The notes below the pieces were generated by a model. That model did not search any database. It was not told the DNA's origin and worked only from the letters and a program-made list of their open reading frames with translations. 64,000 nucleotides of DNA from Clostridia bacterium (lineage in GTDB: Bacteria > Bacillota > Clostridia > Oscillospirales > CAG-272), in assembly GCA_017453205.1 (NCBI GenBank), contig JAFTKO010000043.1, positions 3,454 to 67,453 of the forward strand. Direction: 5' to 3'. This document shows, in pieces, positions 17,273 to 26,730 of this stretch. Positions within the stretch are counted from its first letter, which is position 1, and each line of letters begins with the position of its first letter. The position numbers were made by a program, and so were the translations under genes.

Positions 17273-17443
17273 ATGGCATACAAAATTTCTGACGATTGCG
17301 TATCCTGCGGCGCTTGCGCAGAGGCTTGCCCCACTGAGGCAATTTCCGAAGGCGACGGCAAGTACGAAATTAATGCCGATGTATGCGTTAGCTGCGGCGC
17401 TTGCGCTGATGCTTGCCCTGTTGGCGCTCCCGCTGAGGAGTAA
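17273..17443 (+). CDS. Clostridial-type 2x[4Fe-4S] ferredoxin (56 aa)
   Basis: Two CxxCxxCxxxCP motifs: CVSCGACAEACP and CVSCGACADACP. AGGAGG is the RBS. Confidence 0.9.
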   Translation: MAYKISDDCVSCGACAEACPTEAISEGDGKYEINADVCVSCGACADACPVGAPAEE

Positions 17444-17574
17444 TACATCACCCGCAAACGGCGGAGCAAGCGGTTTTTCTGCCTGCTCCGCTGTTGCGTT
17501 CCAAAAAGAAAACACTCACCCTGTGTGAGTTTCTCATACAGTTCCGCACCTACCGGAAAGAAAAGGAGAGACGT

Positions 17575-18360
17575 ATGGACATCGCCAAAGACGTCACACC
17601 GCGGCTGTTGTCGGATGAACGGCTTGACGAAGTCAACGCATCGATCCGTTTGATACAGAAGAAACAGGGCTTGACCTTTGGCACCGATGCCTATCTGCTC
17701 GCCGCCTATGTCCGTCCGCAGCACCGCGCTCGCGCCGTCGATCTCGGCAGTGGCACAGGGATCCTCCCTCTGCTTTTGCTTGCAAGACAAAAGGCAGCAT
17801 TCGTGACAGCAGTGGAGGTGCAAGAAAGCTTTGCTGACTTGATCGCCCGCAATGCCGCGCTTAACGGTTTTTCCGACCGTATCACACCACTCTGTGCCGA
17901 CGTTCGCACACTCTGTGCCACACAGCTTGGGGGGGAAGTCGATTTGGTAATATCCAATCCGCCTTACATGAAGTGCAACACGGGAAAGCGGAATGCGCAT
18001 GATGAAAAATACATAGCACGCCACGAAGTATGCGGCGGCATCGGCGATTTTTGCGATGCCGCAGGAAGGCTCTTACGCTACGGCGGAAGATTTGTATGCG
18101 TATGGCGACCCGATCGGCTGACCGAGCTTTTGGCGGCGCTCGACCGTGCTTCACTGGAACCCAAACGCATGACCTTCGTCCATGCCGATGCGGAAACAGA
18201 GCCGTGTATGGTACTGACCGAGGCGGTCAAAGGGGGTGCCCCCTCCTTGCGCATGAGCGCTCCGCTGTTGCTGTACCGTCCGCGACGCGAGGGAGAAAAA
18301 AACCGTGTTCTTACCGATGCGGCACAAAAAATTTACGAAACCTGCAATTTTTCTTTCTGA
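17575..18360 (+). CDS. TrmN6/YfiC-like tRNA (adenine-N6)-methyltransferase
   Basis: Motif I VDLGSGTGILPL, motif IV ISNPPYM. N-terminal LIQKKQGLTFGTDAYLLAAYV. Confidence 0.7.
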   Translation: MDIAKDVTPRLLSDERLDEVNASIRLIQKKQGLTFGTDAYLLAAYVRPQHRARAVDLGSGTGILPLLLLARQKAAFVTAVEVQESFADLIARNAALNGFSDRITPLCADVRTLCATQLGGEVDLVISNPPYMKCNTGKRNAHDEKYIARHEVCGGIGDFCDAAGRLLRYGGRFVCVWRPDRLTELLAALDRASLEPKRMTFVHADAETEPCMVLTEAVKGGAPSLRMSAPLLLYRPRREGEKNRVLTDAAQKIYETCNFSF

Positions 18361-18422
18361 AAAGAGATTGCGGGAGCCTCAAAATGTTAAATCTATAAAT
18401 ATATATAATAAGGAGACACATC

Positions 18423-18623
18423 ATGAACAAAAATGTAAAAATCGCCATCGGCGTGGGCATTGCCGCCGCAGCTGTTACCGTAATCACCATCGGTATCATT
18501 CGCCAGCTCAAAGCAATTAAAACCCTCACCATCGACGCAGACGAAATTCCCGATGAACTCGGTGAATGCGATATCGAGCTTGACGAGGCTGATGTTGCCG
18601 AGGCTGAAGAAGCTGCCGAATAA
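18423..18623 (+). CDS. Small membrane protein with an acidic tail (hypothetical)
   Basis: AAGGAG RBS. One hydrophobic helix (IAIGVGIAAAAVTVITIGII), then a D/E-rich tail. Confidence 0.4.
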   Translation: MNKNVKIAIGVGIAAAAVTVITIGIIRQLKAIKTLTIDADEIPDELGECDIELDEADVAEAEEAAE

Positions 18624-18687
18624 GAAAAGGAAACGGTTGGGGGTGTTGCGCTTGCGGCACCCCTGATTTGTGTATATCAACCCAAAT

Positions 18688-19452
18688 ATGGAACATATCA
18701 AACGAATTTTAAGCTTTACCCGCCGTGCGCTGGACGACTACCAAATGATCGAGGCGGGAGACAAGATCGCCGTGGGGGTATCCGCGGGAAAGGACTCGCT
18801 CACCCTGCTTTGTGCCATGGCAGAGCTGCGCCGTTTTTATCCCGTCCCCTTTGAACTGATCGCCATCACCATAGACATGGGATTTGAAGGGACGGACTTT
18901 ACACCGATCGCCAAGCTGTGCGAGGAACTGGATGTCCCCTATCATATCGTCCCCACCGAGATCTCTCGCATTATTTTTGATGTGCGAAAAGAAAAGAACC
19001 CCTGCTCACTCTGCGCCAAGATGCGTCGCGGGGCACTCCACAACGCGGCAAAGGAGTTGGGTTGCAACACGGTGGCGCTTGGGCATCACTTTGACGATGC
19101 GGTAGAGACCTTTATGCTCAACCTCTTTTTTGAGGGACGCATCGGCTGTTTTTCGCCCGTCACGTATCTTTCCCGTGTCGGCATCAAGCTGATCCGCCCC
19201 ATGCTCTATATGCCCGAAAAGGATGTGCGTTATTTTGCCTCCAAGGTACAGCTCCCCGTGATCAAATCCCCCTGCCCCGCCGACGGCAACACTCAGCGTG
19301 AGGAAATGAAGCAACTGCTGAACCAACTTGACCGCAAACACGACGGTCTGCGCTACCGCATCTTCGGCGCTATGCAGCGCGGCGAGATCGACGGTTTTAA
19401 AGAAATGGCAGGCATGCAGGGTAAAAAGGCATATCGGAACGAGGAAGAATAG
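18688..19452 (+). CDS. TtcA-family tRNA 2-thiocytidine synthase-like PP-loop ATPase
   Basis: PP-loop VGVSAGKDS, CSLCAKMRRG, and CPADG near the C-terminus. Confidence 0.8.
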   Translation: MEHIKRILSFTRRALDDYQMIEAGDKIAVGVSAGKDSLTLLCAMAELRRFYPVPFELIAITIDMGFEGTDFTPIAKLCEELDVPYHIVPTEISRIIFDVRKEKNPCSLCAKMRRGALHNAAKELGCNTVALGHHFDDAVETFMLNLFFEGRIGCFSPVTYLSRVGIKLIRPMLYMPEKDVRYFASKVQLPVIKSPCPADGNTQREEMKQLLNQLDRKHDGLRYRIFGAMQRGEIDGFKEMAGMQGKKAYRNEEE

Positions 19453-19465
19453 GGATGCTTTTTTC

Positions 19466-19748
19466 TTGGGAAACTTCTTGAAAGAAGTTTCCCAAACCCT
19501 TCAAGAACTTTAAACGCATTTTGAGATTTAGAAAACGGTGACATTTCTGCCCCGTTTCATAATGCAGGGCAATATTGGGTATGTTTGTACGCTTTTCGTC
19601 AGGTACTCCCGCAAGCGGTTAGGCACCGCCAAGACCCTGCCCGCTCCAAGATGTTATTTCCCTAAAAAAGAGACAACTATAATACTCCAAAAATGCGTTA
19701 AAAGTTTTGAGGGGGTGCGGGGGAACTTTCTCAAAAGTTCCCCCGCAA
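19466..19748. repeat. MITE-like element or large structured RNA: about 60-bp imperfect terminal inverted repeats, each with its own hairpin
   Basis: The left arm 19468-19527 (GGGAAACTTCTT/AAGAAGTTTCCC hairpin ...AACGCATTTTGAG) matches the reverse complement of the right arm 19684-19746 (..AAAATGCGTT.. GCGGGGGAACTTT/AAAGTTCCCCCGC hairpin). Confidence 0.4.
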
Positions 19749-19771
19749 AAAAGATAAAGAAAGGAACAACC

Positions 19772-21793
19772 ATGAATACAACAGGCTTTTTGCCGCTCTC
19801 GCGTGCGGAGATGGAAGCACGTGGGTGGGACGCACCCGATTTCGTATACGTGACGGGCGACGCTTACGTCGATCACCCGTCCTTTGGCGTTGCCATTATT
19901 TCGCGCGTGCTGGAGGACGCGGGATATCGTGTGGCGATCCTCTCACAGCCCGATTACAAGACCTGCGACGCCTTTCGCGAGTTTGGCAGACCCCGTCTCG
20001 GCTTTCTCGTGACGTCGGGCAACATCGACAGCATGGTGGCGCATTACACCGCCGCCAAAAGAAAGCGCAGCTTCGACTACTACACAGCGGGCGGCGAGAT
20101 GGGCAAGCGCCCCGACCGTGCCGTGATCGTTTACTGCAACCGCATCCGCGAGGCTTATGGCGATGTGCCGATCATTCTCGGCGGTCTGGAGGCCTCTCTG
20201 CGCCGCTTTGCGCACTACGACTACTGGGATAACAAGGTGCGCCGCTCGGTGCTGGTAGACAGCCGCGCCGACCTTTTGACCTACGGCATGGGAGAAAAAA
20301 TCCTCTGCCGCATTGCCGAGCTGCTTAACAAAGGCGTACCGATCCGCAAGATCCGAGACGTGCGCGGAACGGTCTACCTTGCCAAGCCCGAGGATCCCAT
20401 CCACTACGAGGTCGCCGCCATCTTTGACTATAACGAGCTCAAGGAGAACAAGCACAAATACGCCGAGGCGTTTGGCGTGCAATACAAAAATCAAGACTCG
20501 ATCAACGGCAAAGCCATTTGCGAGCGCTACGACAACAAGCTCCTGGTACAAAATCCGCCCATGCCGCCTCTGGAGCGTGAGGAGCTCGACCACGTCTATT
20601 CTCTCCCTTATATGCGCGACTATCACCCATCCTACAAGCCTGCCGGCGGTGTCCCGGGAATTGAAGAGGTCAAGTTCTCGATCACACACAATCGCGGCTG
20701 TTTCGGTGGCTGTAACTTCTGTGCGCTTGCCTTCCACCAAGGAAGAACCGTGCGCTCCCGCAGTGTCAAAAGTGTTGTGGAAGAGGCACGCAAGATCACC
20801 GCGCTCCCCGATTTTAAGGGATACATCCACGACATCGGCGGTCCGACAGCAAATTTCCGTTACCCCGCCTGCGACAAACAGCTCAAGGACGGTGTATGCG
20901 CAAGCCGCAAGTGTCTCGCCCCCACGCCTTGCAAAAACCTCAAGGTCAATCATGAGGAATATCTGCATCTTTTGGAAGAGGTGGAAGCGCTCCCCAAGGT
21001 CAAAAAAGTATTTATCCGCAGCGGCATCCGCTTTGACTATCTGATGGCAGATCCCGACGATGCTTTCTTTTACAAGCTGGTCAAGGATCATGTCAGCGGT
21101 CAGCTCAAGGTCGCGCCCGAGCATTGCTCCGATGGGGTACTTTCCTGCATGGGCAAACCGAATTTTGGCGTGTACGAGAGCTTTCGCAAAAAGTTCTTTG
21201 ATATCACCAAGCAGATCGGCAAGGAGCAATACCTTGTCCCCTATCTCATGTCCAGCCACCCCGGCTCAACCTTGAACGACGCCATTGAGCTGGCGCTCTG
21301 CCTCAAAAAGAACGGCTACGCACCCGAACAGGTGCAGGACTACTATCCCACCCCCGGCACGGCGTCCACGGTCATGTACTACACAGGCATGAACCCCTTG
21401 AATATGAAGCCCGTCTACGTTGCCACCGACTATCACGAAAAACAGCTCCAACGCGCCCTACTTCAGTTCAACCGTCCGCAAAACGCGGATTTGGTGCGTG
21501 AGGCGTTGACACGTGCGGGTAGGACCGATCTCATCGGCTTTGGTCCCGATTGTCTTGTGCGTCCCGCAAACGCGCACATCAAGAAAGACGCACCGCAAAA
21601 AAATGGCAAACAGAAAGGCAATGCGAAAGGTCGCCAAACCGCGCCAAGCAAGCAGAGCCGACAACCGCGCAACGGCAAGAGCGAACACTCTGCCACACAA
21701 AGGAATACGCACAAGACCGCAAAATCAAAGCCCGCGGGCACAAGACCGCAGGCGAGAAAAAACAATAATGTAAAAAATAGGAAGAGCTTTTGA
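19772..21793 (+). CDS. ygiQ: YgiQ-family radical SAM protein (UPF0313) with a basic C-terminal tail
   Basis: FLPLSRAEMEARGWDAPDFVYVTGDAYVDHPSFG. Radical-SAM CFGGCNFC (Cx3Cx2C). The ORF-track start at 19538 is a spurious extension. Confidence 0.9.
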   Translation: MNTTGFLPLSRAEMEARGWDAPDFVYVTGDAYVDHPSFGVAIISRVLEDAGYRVAILSQPDYKTCDAFREFGRPRLGFLVTSGNIDSMVAHYTAAKRKRSFDYYTAGGEMGKRPDRAVIVYCNRIREAYGDVPIILGGLEASLRRFAHYDYWDNKVRRSVLVDSRADLLTYGMGEKILCRIAELLNKGVPIRKIRDVRGTVYLAKPEDPIHYEVAAIFDYNELKENKHKYAEAFGVQYKNQDSINGKAICERYDNKLLVQNPPMPPLEREELDHVYSLPYMRDYHPSYKPAGGVPGIEEVKFSITHNRGCFGGCNFCALAFHQGRTVRSRSVKSVVEEARKITALPDFKGYIHDIGGPTANFRYPACDKQLKDGVCASRKCLAPTPCKNLKVNHEEYLHLLEEVEALPKVKKVFIRSGIRFDYLMADPDDAFFYKLVKDHVSGQLKVAPEHCSDGVLSCMGKPNFGVYESFRKKFFDITKQIGKEQYLVPYLMSSHPGSTLNDAIELALCLKKNGYAPEQVQDYYPTPGTASTVMYYTGMNPLNMKPVYVATDYHEKQLQRALLQFNRPQNADLVREALTRAGRTDLIGFGPDCLVRPANAHIKKDAPQKNGKQKGNAKGRQTAPSKQSRQPRNGKSEHSATQRNTHKTAKSKPAGTRPQARKNNNVKNRKSF

Positions 21794-21807
21794 TTCTTCC
21801 TATTTTT
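21776..21807 (+). terminator. Rho-independent terminator overlapping the ygiQ stop
   Basis: AATAGGAAGA / TCTTCCTATT 10-bp stem followed by TTT. Confidence 0.6.
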
Positions 21808-21843
21808 GCGTTCAAGTGAAAGTCATGCGATCTCTCGGTTTCA

Positions 21844-22632
21844 TTATTCACGCCATTTTTTACGGTAAGCACTTGGGGAGATTCCCATCTGTCTGGCAAA
21901 AAAACGCGAAAATTGCAAAACGTCATCAAATCCGACCGAAATAGCCACCTCTGTGATCGTGCAATCGCTTTTTCGGAGCAATTCCAAAGCGTTTTGAAGC
22001 TTTACTTTGTTCAAATATTGCTTGGGAGACACCCCTTGATATTTGATAAAAAGATTATAAAGATAACGATCCGCAATATTTTGTGACGCAGCAATTTCTT
22101 TTACCGTAAGAGGACGGTGAAAGTTCAGATGAATGTAATTTTGAGCTTCGGTCACATAATGATTGTCGGAACGCGGCAAAGACACCTTGTGCATGGATAA
22201 CAGATAAAAAAATAATGACATCGCTTCCGCCTCTCCCAACGGAAACTTTTCGGAAAATATCTTACCAATTTGAAAAATCAAGTTTTGACAAAAGCCGTAA
22301 GTAAATATCCCGTGCGTATCGGTTTTAATATATTTTTGACATATTTGATCGGCACATTCACCCTCAAACACCACCCAAAAATATTTCCACGGATCGATCT
22401 CATCAAAATGATATTCCACACTCTGCATAGGACGGATCAAAAAGCCTTGCCCATTTTTTACGGAAAAATCATTAAAAAAACCGCTTCCTTCCAAAACGTA
22501 ATGCAAGATATAAACATTTCTGCTCCCACGCCCCCACTTGGCATCATTACCGATATTCTCATAACCGAAATGACAAATTTTCAACAGTAAAGAATCACCT
22601 TGGAAAACAGATCTCATTTTCATCTTCCTCAC
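21844..22632 (-). CDS. AraC-family transcriptional regulator
   Basis: N-terminal cupin-like sensor, C-terminal double HTH (...ITEVAISVGFDDVLQFSRFFARQMGISPSAYRK). Divergent from the GH27 gene. Confidence 0.8.
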   Translation of the reverse strand: MRKMKMRSVFQGDSLLLKICHFGYENIGNDAKWGRGSRNVYILHYVLEGSGFFNDFSVKNGQGFLIRPMQSVEYHFDEIDPWKYFWVVFEGECADQICQKYIKTDTHGIFTYGFCQNLIFQIGKIFSEKFPLGEAEAMSLFFYLLSMHKVSLPRSDNHYVTEAQNYIHLNFHRPLTVKEIAASQNIADRYLYNLFIKYQGVSPKQYLNKVKLQNALELLRKSDCTITEVAISVGFDDVLQFSRFFARQMGISPSAYRKKWRE

Positions 22633-22725
22633 CCCCTATGATTTTACCATAAATAACTATGTTTTGTCAATAGGAAATAAAATCTATATATGCTATAATA
22701 AATAAAAAATCAGGAGGAACCGACG

Positions 22726-24177
22726 ATGAGAACAATCCGTATTGCAACCGCCATGCCTTTTACCGGGGCACCCAAAATCAATCTTGCTTCCGTTTTCGGA
22801 GCATCACCGAACAAACCCTTTCTATTAAGGATCCCCGTTACAGGGGAACGCCCCATTTCGTACAGTGCACTTGATCTACCCGAAGGCCTTGTACTGAACG
22901 ATAACATCATCTCCGGTAGCGTCGTTTCGGCAGGAAATTATCAAATCACGCTTATCGCCCAAAACCGCCACGGCGTTGATCGCAAAAAGCTTTTGTTGGA
23001 AATTCGACCGGAAAACGTACTTGTAACGCCCTTGCTTGGCTTTACGACGTGGAACGCCTTTGGCTCCGAGGTATCACAAGCCTCCGTTTTAAATATCGTT
23101 AAGCGATTGACCGAGCTTGGTATTACGGAATACGGATACCGTTACGTCAACATCGACTCCGGTTGGCAATCTCAATACGGCGGTAAATTTGACGCCGTTA
23201 TGCCAAATCAAAAGTTTCCGAATATGAAGTACCTCACCGATACATTGCACGCCTTGGGATTGAAATGCGGAATCTATTCCACTCCGATGCTCAACGCATG
23301 GGGATGTCCCAAGGAGTTCTCCTCTATTCCCGGTTGTACCACGGGTGAGCCCGACAAACGCTTTGCCTCGACCATGGGTGGGATTGGTGTTGTCCGCAAA
23401 GAAAAAAACAATGTACTGCAATGGACGGAATGGGGCTTTGACTACCTAAAATACGATTGGACACCGACTGATCCGGTCAATGCCGAGCTCATGCGAAGCG
23501 AGCTGATGCGCTCTGACCGCGACTTTGGATTTTGTGTCACCGTACATGCACTCAAGGAATATCATGAGTATTGGTCAAAATATTGCAGCTCTTACCGATC
23601 CAATACCGACTCGTTTGGAAATTGGAGCAATCTATTGGATATCTATCGATCGTATTTTACATTTATGCCCTATATCAATAAAGGACACTATTTTGATTTG
23701 GATATGTTGGATATCGGCACTTGTAATTACAGTGCCGTCGGTAAGGAGTTTACTGAGGACGAGATGATCGTTGCGTATTCAATGCGGGCTTTTTTTAATT
23801 CGCCCATTCAAATCAGCAGCACCCTCGAAAACATCAGCAAATTCGAGCTTTCGCTTTACTGTAATGACGAAATCATCGCAATCAATCAAGACACTGCTTT
23901 TTCCACGGCAACTCCAATCTATCAAATCGAAGAAAACGGAAGGCTTCTGCACGTTTTTGAAAAAAAGCTGGAAGATCAAACATACGCATACGCTTTTTTC
24001 CAGCTCGGAGATCAAGAGGAGCACTTACACATCATTTTTGACGGTATCGGCAGCTTACGAGATGTATGGGCAAAAGAGGATATTGGGTTGAGCGATAAAA
24101 TCGATCTGTCCATGTCTCCTCATAGCGTTCGTATTATAAAAAGCACGAAAGCTTTAAAAACGGTAACTATACAATAA
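22726..24177 (+). CDS. GH27-like alpha-galactosidase / alpha-N-acetylgalactosaminidase with an N-terminal Ig-like domain
   Basis: LLGFTTWNAFGSEV..., GYRYVNIDSGWQ, FPNMKYLTDTLHALGLKCGIYSTP, DYLKYDW (clan GH-D motifs). Confidence 0.7.
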   Translation: MRTIRIATAMPFTGAPKINLASVFGASPNKPFLLRIPVTGERPISYSALDLPEGLVLNDNIISGSVVSAGNYQITLIAQNRHGVDRKKLLLEIRPENVLVTPLLGFTTWNAFGSEVSQASVLNIVKRLTELGITEYGYRYVNIDSGWQSQYGGKFDAVMPNQKFPNMKYLTDTLHALGLKCGIYSTPMLNAWGCPKEFSSIPGCTTGEPDKRFASTMGGIGVVRKEKNNVLQWTEWGFDYLKYDWTPTDPVNAELMRSELMRSDRDFGFCVTVHALKEYHEYWSKYCSSYRSNTDSFGNWSNLLDIYRSYFTFMPYINKGHYFDLDMLDIGTCNYSAVGKEFTEDEMIVAYSMRAFFNSPIQISSTLENISKFELSLYCNDEIIAINQDTAFSTATPIYQIEENGRLLHVFEKKLEDQTYAYAFFQLGDQEEHLHIIFDGIGSLRDVWAKEDIGLSDKIDLSMSPHSVRIIKSTKALKTVTIQ

Positions 24178-24221
24178 TCGACCGAAAAAAAATCGTCATA
24201 TCATCCTCCCGTGACAAAAAT

Positions 24222-24248
24222 GGGAAGAAATCGTTACGGTTTCTTCCC
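24222..24248 (+). terminator. Hairpin after the GH27 gene
   Basis: GGGAAGAAA / TTTCTTCCC 9-bp stem; weak T-tail. Confidence 0.4.
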
Positions 24249-24420
24249 ATTCATGTTTATATTTTCACGACTTTTCCAATCTTAGCTTTCGGGTGGACCT
24301 CGGCGGCACCGCTGTATTCCAAGACCTCGATCTCACAGCCCTCACCGATGACGGCGTCGGTGCAACGGACAATCTTGGCTATCGTATAGCATAACATTGT
24401 TACATTGTCAAGAGAATTTG

Positions 24421-24455
24421 AAAAAAATGTGGGGAAGCCTCTAAAAAGCTTCCCC
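24421..24455 (-). terminator. Rho-independent terminator of the GH36 gene
   Basis: GGGGAAGC / GCTTCCCC stem followed, on the minus strand, by a T7 run. Confidence 0.6.
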
Positions 24456-24476
24456 ACCAAAGATCAAATATTCAAA

Positions 24477-26663
24477 TCATTCCTCTACTGCGGTAAAGTG
24501 ATGCGTCACAGTTCCAAAGTCGCCGCGCGGGAAACGGGCAAGCAACCCCACATTCATCAGCGTGGAGCCACTGAGCACCTTATCCAAGCCCGAAACACGG
24601 TACTTTTTATTCGCATCCAAGCCACACACACGCAGATATTTGGTCTCGACCTGTGCGCCGCCCATGCGTCGGTATGCGGTCAAAAGCGCGTCGTTCTGAT
24701 CCTTGGAGACCAACATAAATCCAAAGTAATTGGAGTTGTAGATATCCTCGGTACGGTAAAGATCGCCGTTCAGTACCAATTCCTCCATCCCGTGGTAATC
24801 CTCGACCTGTGCCTTGGTCGTTTCGCGATCCTCGTCGGTAAAGCTCGAGGTATCCAGCTCATAGCCTGTCGCGCCAAGATGTGCAATGTCGGCACGGGTC
24901 TTCATCGGTGTGACACGCGTGGTCTGATGGTTGGGTACCACTGAAACATGACAGCTCATAGTAGACACGGGGTAAACCATCGAGGTGCCGTATTGGATCC
25001 TCGTGCGTTCCTCGGCGTCACTGTCGTCGGAGGTCCAGATCTGCGGGAAGTAGTACAGCATGGCAGGATCAAAACGTGCGCCGCCGCCCGAACAGCCCTC
25101 AAAGAACACGTCGGGATTGGCATTGACGATCCGCTCGCACAGGTCATACACGCCCAATGCATAACGGTGCGCGAACTCTGCCTGTCTCTCGGGCTCACGT
25201 CCCAAAGAAAAAGACTCGGTCACATTGCGGTTATAGTCCCATTTGACATACTCAATTTGGTTCTCACGCAGGATCTTGTTGACCGCCCCTACAACGGCAT
25301 CGCGCACTTCCTTGCGCGTCAAATCGAGCATATACTGTGTGCGACTGGTGCAACGTGCGCGTCCCGGAACACCGATGGCATAATCGGGGTGCGCACGGTA
25401 AAGATCGGAATCCTCACTGATCATTTCGGGCTCAAACCAAAGACCGAAATTCATGCCGAGGCTGTGCACATAATTGATGATCTCGGTCAGCCCGCCTTGG
25501 AGCTTTTGGGAGTTGACCACCCAGTCACCCAAGCCGGATCTATCATTGTCACGCTTGCCAAACCAACCGTCGTCAAGAACGAAGGTATCGATCCCCGTCC
25601 CCGCAACCGCCTTTACAATGGCTTTGAGCTTTTCATTGTCAAAATTAAAGTAAGTCCCCTCCCAGTTGTTGATGACCACAGGGCGATGGCTACGCACATA
25701 GCGCGGATTGATGAGGTGGTTGCGATAAGCGTCGTGGAACTGTCGGCTCATCCCGCCAAGTCCCTCATGCGAGTAAGCAAGAACGACCTCGGGCGTTTCA
25801 AAGCTCTCACCCGCGCCCAGCTTCCATGCAAAATCAAAGTCGTTGATACCGCCGGTCAGGAGCACATTTCCACTCTCATTCTTTTCGGCTTTTAAAACGT
25901 AAGACGAGGAATAGACCAAGCTTACACCGTAGGCATTGCCTTGGAGCTCGTCGGTAGTCTTGCCGACGATTGCCATAAAGGGATTGAGGGTTGCCGATGA
26001 GGTGGTACGCTTGGAGTCGACCGATGTCACGCCGTAAGGCAGAGGCGTTCTCTGCACGGCACGCTCGGTCGCCCATGCGCCGTGGAGCGAGATCATGTCA
26101 TAGTCGCCGCCCGGCAAAGACATGGCAAAGGAATAGGCGCGATTCAGCATAACGGGCGTTTTTGCACCGTTCTTGTAAACGGCACGGCGCGCGATCACAC
26201 CGCAATCGTCGTATACCGTGTAATAAAGATCGCAGGCAAAGGCAGTAAATTGATCCTTCAAATGTACCACCAAGGTCTCGCCGCCACGCATCGAGGGCAT
26301 TCCCGTGATCGCGGGCTTTTCCGAAAGGATCTCGTGACCGTCGTAAAGCAATTCCGCCAGGCGATCTCCCGCGGCGTTGGTCACAGCAACCGTCGGCTCG
26401 CGGTAATCCCCCGTTCCAAAAAAGGAAAGCTCGGTCGGAAATTGTCCGTAGTAGCAAAGTCCGTTGACATTCTCCTTGCCCGGAATTTTCACCACAAAGC
26501 TCTGCACCCCGCGTTCTCTTGTATAGGAGAGATCGTCATGCGCAATGGGCTGTCCGTAATACAAATGCTCGGCATAACCATGCTCGTTAATGAAAAAGGC
26601 ATAGGTCATGCCCTTTCCGTCCAAATAAAAGGTTTTTGTGCTTGCGTCAAAAGTAATCGACAT
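24477..26663 (-). CDS. GH36 alpha-galactosidase
   Basis: FVLDDGWFGKRDNDRSGLGDW, YVKWDYNR, CSGGGARFD. ATG at 26663 after GAGGA. Confidence 0.9.
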   Translation of the reverse strand: MSITFDASTKTFYLDGKGMTYAFFINEHGYAEHLYYGQPIAHDDLSYTRERGVQSFVVKIPGKENVNGLCYYGQFPTELSFFGTGDYREPTVAVTNAAGDRLAELLYDGHEILSEKPAITGMPSMRGGETLVVHLKDQFTAFACDLYYTVYDDCGVIARRAVYKNGAKTPVMLNRAYSFAMSLPGGDYDMISLHGAWATERAVQRTPLPYGVTSVDSKRTTSSATLNPFMAIVGKTTDELQGNAYGVSLVYSSSYVLKAEKNESGNVLLTGGINDFDFAWKLGAGESFETPEVVLAYSHEGLGGMSRQFHDAYRNHLINPRYVRSHRPVVINNWEGTYFNFDNEKLKAIVKAVAGTGIDTFVLDDGWFGKRDNDRSGLGDWVVNSQKLQGGLTEIINYVHSLGMNFGLWFEPEMISEDSDLYRAHPDYAIGVPGRARCTSRTQYMLDLTRKEVRDAVVGAVNKILRENQIEYVKWDYNRNVTESFSLGREPERQAEFAHRYALGVYDLCERIVNANPDVFFEGCSGGGARFDPAMLYYFPQIWTSDDSDAEERTRIQYGTSMVYPVSTMSCHVSVVPNHQTTRVTPMKTRADIAHLGATGYELDTSSFTDEDRETTKAQVEDYHGMEELVLNGDLYRTEDIYNSNYFGFMLVSKDQNDALLTAYRRMGGAQVETKYLRVCGLDANKKYRVSGLDKVLSGSTLMNVGLLARFPRGDFGTVTHHFTAVEE

Positions 26664-26730
26664 CGTAAAATCCTCACTGTAATTCAAAATGCGTGAAAGG
26701 TTTTTGAAAGAGCTTGAGGAAAAGGCGTTA

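Noticed and set aside
19538-19771. N-terminal extensions in the ORF track, such as ygiQ from 19538; also 46152, 48186, 49204, 51132, 57513, 29175, 26687, 34121 and 31549
   Set aside because: Downstream in-frame starts with good Shine-Dalgarno sequences coincide with the conserved family N-termini. The extensions cross terminators, repeats or upstream genes.
19943-21259. 438-aa ORF antisense to ygiQ
   Set aside because: It lies entirely inside, and opposite to, a gene with unmistakable YgiQ and radical-SAM motifs. Its translation is Ala/Val/Gly/Arg-rich, as expected from the reverse frame of GC-rich coding DNA, with no recognisable motifs.
24257-24460. 67-aa minus-strand ORF between the GH27 and GH36 genes
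   Set aside because: Its 5' part overlaps the GH36 terminator hairpin, and the internal ATG (24397) has no RBS. It might be a relic of a hexapeptide- or bactofilin-like gene, but I cannot support a call.
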